A stretch of 39,392 nucleotides of DNA, taken from IMG/VR virus record IMGVR_UViG_3300040971_000114, positions 1 to 39,392 of that record; one strand, given 5' to 3'. The position numbers and the translations under genes are program-made. Shown here piece after piece: positions 33,476-39,392 of the stretch (the stretch's first letter is position 1; each line of letters starts with the position of its first letter). The notes below the pieces were generated by a model. It was not told where the DNA came from and made no database searches. It saw only the letters and a list, made by a program, of their open reading frames with translations. Source of the DNA: a virus. Taxonomy: Duplodnaviria > Caudoviricetes.

Positions 33476-35090
33476 AAATAACTAACCCCTTAACATAATC
33501 TATACCACCGCCAAGCGTAGTATGTCTAATATTTATTCCTCCAACTGTTCCTGGCGTTAGGTTTGTTAATAATGAAGCTACAGATATCCTAAATAATCTA
33601 CCAGTAAGGCCTGTTAAATTATACACTGTTGTTGTATCTGATGCAGTAAATTGATTAGATAACTGAGCTGAACCATTACAATATTCAACAGAAATATCTA
33701 TGTTTTTGTTTATTCCTGCTGCGCCAGCAGAAACAAAACCCTCTATGTATAAATCAATTAAAGCATTAAAATCTTGAGGGATTTTAAAATTGAAATTGAA
33801 ATTACCTCCTGCACCAATGCTCCTACTGCGATAATTTCCATATATTCCATTTGTTTCTATATCTAGTGGAAAGCTTCTTGTTCCTAAAGACAATGCTCCG
33901 GTCAATGCATTATATAACAAAGGAGGAGATACGCTAAATGGATGGATATGGTCAGCTCTTGGCAATGTATTTAACGCGCCTACATTTACTGTGCCAATAG
34001 GCTTAACGTTTGTGGTTAATGTCTCAAAAGATTGGTTAAAAGCCGTGTTAGTAGAAATATCTGAAACATTAGCAGTTATGCCAGTATTGTTGCCTTTATA
34101 TGTATTAGCGCCAGCTTGTGACAATTTAGCGTTCGTTACCGCATTGTTTGCTATCGTAGCAACACCAGTTGAAGTTAACGTAACATCTGTAGACATAGTC
34201 TGTGGAGCATATGCAGTTCCACCAGCATTACCAACTAAAATCTGCCCGCTAGCTGGTAAAGTATTTGGAACAATATCCGCTTTAGTCTGAGCGTCGTTAG
34301 TAACATTGCCTAATCCTACTGCTGTAGCATTTAAAGTTTGCCACGTTTTATCACCGCGCCAATATTGAGCTATAGTGCCAGACGTAATCGCTGGCTCTTT
34401 CGCGTAAAAAATGTTCCAATCTGTAGATGATAAATACCCATCTGAACTAACTCCGGACTGAGTAATAGATAAAGTTCTATCAGCAGATAAATCACCACCA
34501 CCTTGCAAAGGGGCTGTTGTACTAATGGTTCTTGATGCACTTACTTTGGCGCTAAAGGATGACCAATCAATCGATGTTAAATATCCATTGGTAGTAGCAT
34601 TGGCAGCAGGGATTGATATCGTTCTATTTGCTGATAAATCGCCACCACCAGACAATGGAGAACTCGTATTAATCTGTGTTGCTTTTAAAGCTTTCGCGTC
34701 TAATTGAGACTGGGCATCTGACGTCACATTGGATAAATAGTTTATCTGCGCAGCCGTAGTAACTCCTGTAGTTAAGTTTCCTCCGCCGTCAGTTATCACC
34801 GACATGTTTGGAAATAAAAATGAGTTCGATGAAAATTGAAAGTACCGCATGGATCCGTTTATCTTTGCCGCAAGATTGTTATTCGTCTCATCATATATCA
34901 ACGTACCATTAAATATATTTGGAGCCAAAACCCCAATATTCGTTACATTTTGCGATGGAGAAACTAATCCCTCATTAGATGTGTTCTTTTGAAGCTCAGT
35001 AAAAAGTTGTGATAATGTTTGACGCCATGTATCGGTTAAATTTCCATCTTCGTTTACAAATTTAATGTCTGTGAAGTTAGGTATGTTCAT
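33468..35090 (-). CDS. Tail needle/fibre protein
   Basis: Follows the gp10-like gene; repeated TxxPLxGGGDLSAxRTxSI...GYLxSxDW and VGLGNVTNDAQ fibre motifs. Confidence 0.75.
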   Translation of the reverse strand: MNIPNFTDIKFVNEDGNLTDTWRQTLSQLFTELQKNTSNEGLVSPSQNVTNIGVLAPNIFNGTLIYDETNNNLAAKINGSMRYFQFSSNSFLFPNMSVITDGGGNLTTGVTTAAQINYLSNVTSDAQSQLDAKALKATQINTSSPLSGGGDLSANRTISIPAANATTNGYLTSIDWSSFSAKVSASRTISTTAPLQGGGDLSADRTLSITQSGVSSDGYLSSTDWNIFYAKEPAITSGTIAQYWRGDKTWQTLNATAVGLGNVTNDAQTKADIVPNTLPASGQILVGNAGGTAYAPQTMSTDVTLTSTGVATIANNAVTNAKLSQAGANTYKGNNTGITANVSDISTNTAFNQSFETLTTNVKPIGTVNVGALNTLPRADHIHPFSVSPPLLYNALTGALSLGTRSFPLDIETNGIYGNYRSRSIGAGGNFNFNFKIPQDFNALIDLYIEGFVSAGAAGINKNIDISVEYCNGSAQLSNQFTASDTTTVYNLTGLTGRLFRISVASLLTNLTPGTVGGINIRHTTLGGGIDYVKGLVIYV

Positions 35091-36520
35091 GTAGTATATC
35101 CTATAACTCCATTAGACAATATAAACCTATCATCTCCGTACATTCTCAGCTGAACAGAAAATTCATTGCATAAACAGTTCACCCAGGAAACAAGCTTGTT
35201 CTGTCTTATTCCCAGCGGATTTAAAGTATAGCGAATGCTGTTACCAAAACTGTTACCACCATCAATTGATATTGACATGTCAATTTCCTGAGGATTTTTA
35301 GCATGACCTTGCTCAATCGGGAATGTAATAGTGTTTACAACAAATGTCTCAGATCCTGGCAATCTAAAATTAGATGCAATCCTAATTCTAGGAATAACTT
35401 TTCCTTCTACAGTGCTATACTTACTGCTTATCTCATATAAACCGGCATCCTGCGCACTTATGTAATAATATGAGTTATTGTATGATGCAATCCTTCTAGC
35501 TGGGTGATAATTCATCTCTTCATCGCACAAGTTAGAAAACTTTTGAGTGTTAAAGTCGTATGCTAGAGTGAAATTGTCATCTTTGTTGGTAAAGCTAAAC
35601 TGATAAATCAAATGACCATCTTGTCTAAAAATCATCGCAAAAGAATCTTCAGGATGCTTTACCTGATTTAGCTTAAAGTTAATACCATCAGTAGATATTG
35701 TCTGTATATCTCCACCGGTCGTGTACATAATAACCGGACTTGATTTTTCGTTAGCTCCAATCCAAACTACAAAGTTCTCACCATATGCGATAGTGGCAGG
35801 GTTAACGCAACCATAGTCGATATTAAACCCTGACGTTCTCTGATAAGGGAATAAGTAATAACCAACGTTCTGCCATAGCTCGCAAACAGTTCTTCCCATC
35901 ACAATAAGATTGTTTCCTCTTCCAGGAACTTTAACGCACGCTACGCAGTTATCAGGCTTTGTTTGTAAAGCTCCAACGTTTGCCGAGGCTGGTGGGAAAA
36001 AATGGCCATTGTTTAACTGGGATAATCTCCACTTGGGATTATTAACGTCAGCAGCTATGAAATATCCATCTTGGAATGCTATATATCCAGGTGTGAAATC
36101 TAAATCAGTAGTAGCATCATTTTTAGCTTTCTGAAAAGTGCTATTGCCATAATCATAAATCCATAAATCTTTTTTATCGCATATTGCAACCTGCTTAGCG
36201 TTGTTCTCGTCCATAAAAACTTCGCCGTTAAATGTGTTTACTTGTCCAACAATCTGAAAACCAAAGAAGTTATCAATCACATATACATTATTAGAAACAA
36301 CAGCAATTAACTTGCCTGATCTTAGACTATTAAAAAGACCTCTTCCTTCTCCTGAAGTTGCTAGACTCTTCGCTAAAGCAGATCCTGCATAGGGAACAAG
36401 CCAATCATCTGATATGATCATGTTCCAAGTCTGAGAATTAGAAATTTTAGCGTAACGACCGAATGTTGAACCACCAACAATATCAATAGGAGCCTCAATA
36501 ATATGCCGTCCTCTACTCAT
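35087..36520 (-). CDS. Packaged-DNA stabilisation/tail hub protein, P22 gp10-like
   Basis: IAFQDGYFI, ELWQNVG...FPYQR...DYGC, RQDGHLIYQFSF, SIDGGNSFGN; ATGA overlap with the upstream stop. Confidence 0.85.
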   Translation of the reverse strand: MSRGRHIIEAPIDIVGGSTFGRYAKISNSQTWNMIISDDWLVPYAGSALAKSLATSGEGRGLFNSLRSGKLIAVVSNNVYVIDNFFGFQIVGQVNTFNGEVFMDENNAKQVAICDKKDLWIYDYGNSTFQKAKNDATTDLDFTPGYIAFQDGYFIAADVNNPKWRLSQLNNGHFFPPASANVGALQTKPDNCVACVKVPGRGNNLIVMGRTVCELWQNVGYYLFPYQRTSGFNIDYGCVNPATIAYGENFVVWIGANEKSSPVIMYTTGGDIQTISTDGINFKLNQVKHPEDSFAMIFRQDGHLIYQFSFTNKDDNFTLAYDFNTQKFSNLCDEEMNYHPARRIASYNNSYYYISAQDAGLYEISSKYSTVEGKVIPRIRIASNFRLPGSETFVVNTITFPIEQGHAKNPQEIDMSISIDGGNSFGNSIRYTLNPLGIRQNKLVSWVNCLCNEFSVQLRMYGDDRFILSNGVIGYTT

Positions 36521-37233
36521 GGTCTCCACGCTCCAAATCTTTGACTCTTTAACGCCTCATTAAATCCATCGGTCGAATCGCACCCAAGAGGAATAATTGA
36601 CTGTCTACTAAAATCGTATGGGCTTATGTCTTTAAACATAGCCTCGTAGCTTAATAATTTTTGCCTTGCCTGTTCTGGGAAGTCAATATTATTTTCTTCG
36701 CAAATTGCAGATGCTAATAAATAACGCAAATAAACTAAATAGCTTCTTTCGAAATTAAGGCTTAAATCAGTATTTATATTAGTAATCTGAGTTAAAGCAA
36801 ATTTACCCCAAATCTTAACCGGATATACCTGGTCTGGGCTAAAGTACATGTAAAAATCAGACCCATTTTTCACCCTTTCAACATGATAAGAAAATGGCAA
36901 AGAGCTTATCCCGTTTACTCTTGCTCCAGCAAAATATTCCTCCCTAGTCATGCGCGTCATAGGGGTCCTAACAGTTCCATTAAGAAGAAAAGTTGATGAC
37001 TGCTCGCTAACTAATCCAGGGATAAAATATTTTTCTTGGCCAATAACTGGGGTTAAAGAATATTCTTGAAAGAATGGAATTTGTCCAATGTCAATAGACC
37101 GTACAGCAAGCAAATCATTCAAAAGGAATAATCCATCTTGAGCCTGATCGCCGGAAACTGATTGAAAACCACGGCTTACCACGCTTGATAAATAATAAGC
37201 CCTTGTAATGAGTTGCAATGCTGTATAAGTCAT
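36517..37233 (-). CDS. Head-tail adaptor, P22 gp4-like
   Basis: TALQLITRAY...QAQDGLFLLNDLL and YLRYLLASAICEE; precedes the gp10-like gene. Confidence 0.78.
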   Translation of the reverse strand: MTYTALQLITRAYYLSSVVSRGFQSVSGDQAQDGLFLLNDLLAVRSIDIGQIPFFQEYSLTPVIGQEKYFIPGLVSEQSSTFLLNGTVRTPMTRMTREEYFAGARVNGISSLPFSYHVERVKNGSDFYMYFSPDQVYPVKIWGKFALTQITNINTDLSLNFERSYLVYLRYLLASAICEENNIDFPEQARQKLLSYEAMFKDISPYDFSRQSIIPLGCDSTDGFNEALKSQRFGAWRP

Positions 37234-37241
37234 AATTCACC

Positions 37242-37979
37242 CTATAAATTATCAACAAATCCTATAACATCAATACTTAAAAGATCATTGTTCATGACTT
37301 TATACTCAACAGAAGGATCATTATAGATATCTAATCTACACGGGCATTCTATTTGAAAATAATGATCCACAGTTTGAACAACAGAACTAAAAGTAACAGA
37401 ACCAGCACTAGAGCTACCAGTTGGTCTTAAGTACCCATAGTCACCAGCCGCAAAAGGCCGATGCTTACAAGCAAAAAAGACTTGAGTAGCAACAGGAGGA
37501 ACAGCTTGGATCAAACTTATAGTTTCATAAACAGTAGCCGCACCGTTTGATAAAACAGAATTTGCTACATCATATCGATAGACGCGTTTATCGCCTAAAC
37601 CAAACTGGTAAAGCTTCATAAAGTTATTACCTATATCCGTAACGGCATAACCAATACGTCTATAAATATCATAACCAGCAGGAAGCAATGGAGTTACTGA
37701 GCTCGATAAAATAACACCCTGAGTATATCCTTTTAATGCTGAGCTAATGGCAAAAACATTGTAAATGACGCTAGATCCAAGGGATCCAGTATCAATACCG
37801 TTTAAACCAACAGTTGCCGCATTCAAAGTAATTGGGCTGTCAATCCTGATAATATAAGAATTTGTTGAATCACTACAGCTACCAGCCGCTACCGTTAACG
37901 TAGTAGCTGATGCGTATGATACACCTAGAGCCCGAATGAACGGGCTCACTGGTGTTTGACTTTCGTAATGTGTAATCAT
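37242..37979 (-). CDS. Virion protein, paralogue B (possible capsid decoration)
   Basis: End-to-end similarity with 38002..38736. Confidence 0.7.
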   Translation of the reverse strand: MITHYESQTPVSPFIRALGVSYASATTLTVAAGSCSDSTNSYIIRIDSPITLNAATVGLNGIDTGSLGSSVIYNVFAISSALKGYTQGVILSSSVTPLLPAGYDIYRRIGYAVTDIGNNFMKLYQFGLGDKRVYRYDVANSVLSNGAATVYETISLIQAVPPVATQVFFACKHRPFAAGDYGYLRPTGSSSAGSVTFSSVVQTVDHYFQIECPCRLDIYNDPSVEYKVMNNDLLSIDVIGFVDNL

Positions 37980-38001
37980 TTTACACCTCGAATTTCAATT
38001 A

Positions 38002-38736
38002 TTATAGGTTATCAACAAAGCTAACTACTGATAACGACAAGGTATCGCTTGCTGTTACTGCATAGTCAACTTTAGCGACACTGCTGCTAATAGCACATGG
38101 GCATTCCAACTGTAATCTATTTGCCACAGCTGCAACCGAAGAGCTTACAACGCAAGTGCTAGTAGAAGCACTTCCGGTCGGCCTTAGAACTGCAGTGTTA
38201 GCTGCAATCGCTGGCGTATGAGTAGCGGCAAAGACAACAGAAGTAGAAACGGCTGGTACGCAAGCAGCTAAACTTACTGCCACATATGTTGCAGAACTTC
38301 CACCACTTAAGACGGAAATCGGGGCATCATAGCGATATAAGCGAGTGCTTTCGTTGCCTACTTGATAGATTTTCACAAATTGTGAACTTCCATCAGTAAC
38401 GGCATAACCAATTCTACGATAGACGTCATATCCTTGTGGCAAGATCGGAGCAGATGCCAATGAGAGAATAACTCCCATTTGTACATAACCACGTTCTGAC
38501 CAGATAGCGAAAACATTGTAAACCTTAGAAGTTGACAAAGCTCCGGTATCAATACCATTCAAGCCAACAACAGCTCCATTTAAAGTAATGGCGCTATCAG
38601 TTTTGGCAAGATATGAACCAGTCGAATCTGCGCAGTTTCCAGCAGCTACGGTTAACGTAGTAGCTGAAGCATACGAGATGCCTAATCCGCGAATGTGCGG
38701 ACTAAGCGGCAATTTATTTTCGTATTGAGTAATCAT
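38002..38736 (-). CDS. Virion protein, paralogue A (possible capsid decoration)
   Basis: Immediately after the coat gene; SYASATTLTVAAG, VGLNGIDTG and GYDxYRRIGYAVTD shared with paralogue B. Confidence 0.7.
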   Translation of the reverse strand: MITQYENKLPLSPHIRGLGISYASATTLTVAAGNCADSTGSYLAKTDSAITLNGAVVGLNGIDTGALSTSKVYNVFAIWSERGYVQMGVILSLASAPILPQGYDVYRRIGYAVTDGSSQFVKIYQVGNESTRLYRYDAPISVLSGGSSATYVAVSLAACVPAVSTSVVFAATHTPAIAANTAVLRPTGSASTSTCVVSSSVAAVANRLQLECPCAISSSVAKVDYAVTASDTLSLSVVSFVDNL

Positions 38737-38755
38737 TTATATATACCTCTTAAAG

Positions 38756-39392
38756 TTAAACTGGGAATAGGACGCGCATTGAATAGCTTGGGATCAACGT
38801 CGAAGACCAAATACAATCGTGTATTAAGCGTTGAACGTTCAAGCCGAGCAATGAACCATAAGCTAAACGCAGCGAAACGCCGGTTCTCTCATCATACTCT
38901 GCATGAGATGCGTATGGGTCCTGTGAAGGCAGTTTTGGCATGGCCAAGTAGAAAGCGCCACCAGAAACTAGAAGACCGCAACGGTGAGTTGGCATCATTT
39001 TGATTCTCATGCCAGCAACCAATGGGAGGTTACAGTTTTGGTTAGCATTTCCAGCCCAGCAAATACCTTTGCTTTCATCATCAGCAACGATAGAAATAAC
39101 AATTTCGCCAGAACCGCTTGTGTCTGCATCAGCAATAACGCGCATTTGTACTGGTTGGCTTGTTACGATATTGCCCATATGTGAAACTGCAAACGGGGTA
39201 TCATATCCTGAGGTAGCGGCAATAAAGCCAAGATCGCCAGAGCGAACAGCTTTACTAGTGCTAAGCAAAGGACTTGAGCAAGTAATTTGAGTTACGTTTT
39301 TACCGGTCGGATCATTCGTTGAAACGATAGTCAAGTACTGGTTTGCTCCAGCGCCGTTGCCTACTGCTCCAGCATAATGAATTGGTAATGCG
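38756..39392 (-). CDS. Major capsid protein, C-terminal part
   Basis: In frame with 1..834; AFYLAMPKLP...TGVSLR...RLIHDCIWS matches P22-type coat C-termini. Confidence 0.88.
   Translation of the reverse strand, partial: ALPIHYAGAVGNGAGANQYLTIVSTNDPTGKNVTQITCSSPLLSTSKAVRSGDLGFIAATSGYDTPFAVSHMGNIVTSQPVQMRVIADADTSGSGEIVISIVADDESKGICWAGNANQNCNLPLVAGMRIKMMPTHRCGLLVSGGAFYLAMPKLPSQDPYASHAEYDERTGVSLRLAYGSLLGLNVQRLIHDCIWSSTLIPSYSMRVLFPV
39266..39392. repeat. Terminal direct repeat, copy 2
   Basis: Identical to 1-127. Confidence 0.95.

Noticed and set aside
1-39392. Alternative genetic code, tRNA genes or introns
   Set aside because: Core genes are full length in the standard code and end in TAA, TAG or TGA. 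I saw no cloverleaf or interrupted gene by eye; tRNAscan-SE would confirm.

Overview
The window is a complete, circularly assembled genome (about 39,265 bp) of an AT-rich, P22-like podophage. Bases 1-127 repeat exactly at 39266-39392, and the major capsid gene runs across this junction. A long minus-strand late operon encodes scaffold, coat, two paralogous virion proteins, gp4-like and gp10-like tail proteins, fibres, three ejection-type proteins, a GH108 endolysin, a holin and spanins; the spanins imply a diderm host. Portal and TerL are transcribed divergently from that operon, and TerS lies about 14.5 kb from TerL. The early/middle region (about 6-21 kb) has three look-alike sigma70 promoters, a replisome-organiser gene bracketed by long hairpins, an RNA ligase, an HTH-sigma70-region-4 fusion, CsrA, DUF4116 repeats, a Sak4-like ATPase and DUF669. 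I recognised no integrase, ParA/ParB, DNA polymerase, tRNA or CRISPR array. The most notable observations are: (1) two paralogous eukaryotic-type F-box proteins plus an Inc-like hairpin membrane protein, suggesting a phage of an intracellular bacterium that carries host-cell effectors; (2) a perfect intergenic chromosomal parS site; (3) a duplicated Ser/Arg-repeat cassette bracketing a possible Sm-fold protein. All protein family calls are from motifs recognised by eye, not from searches.
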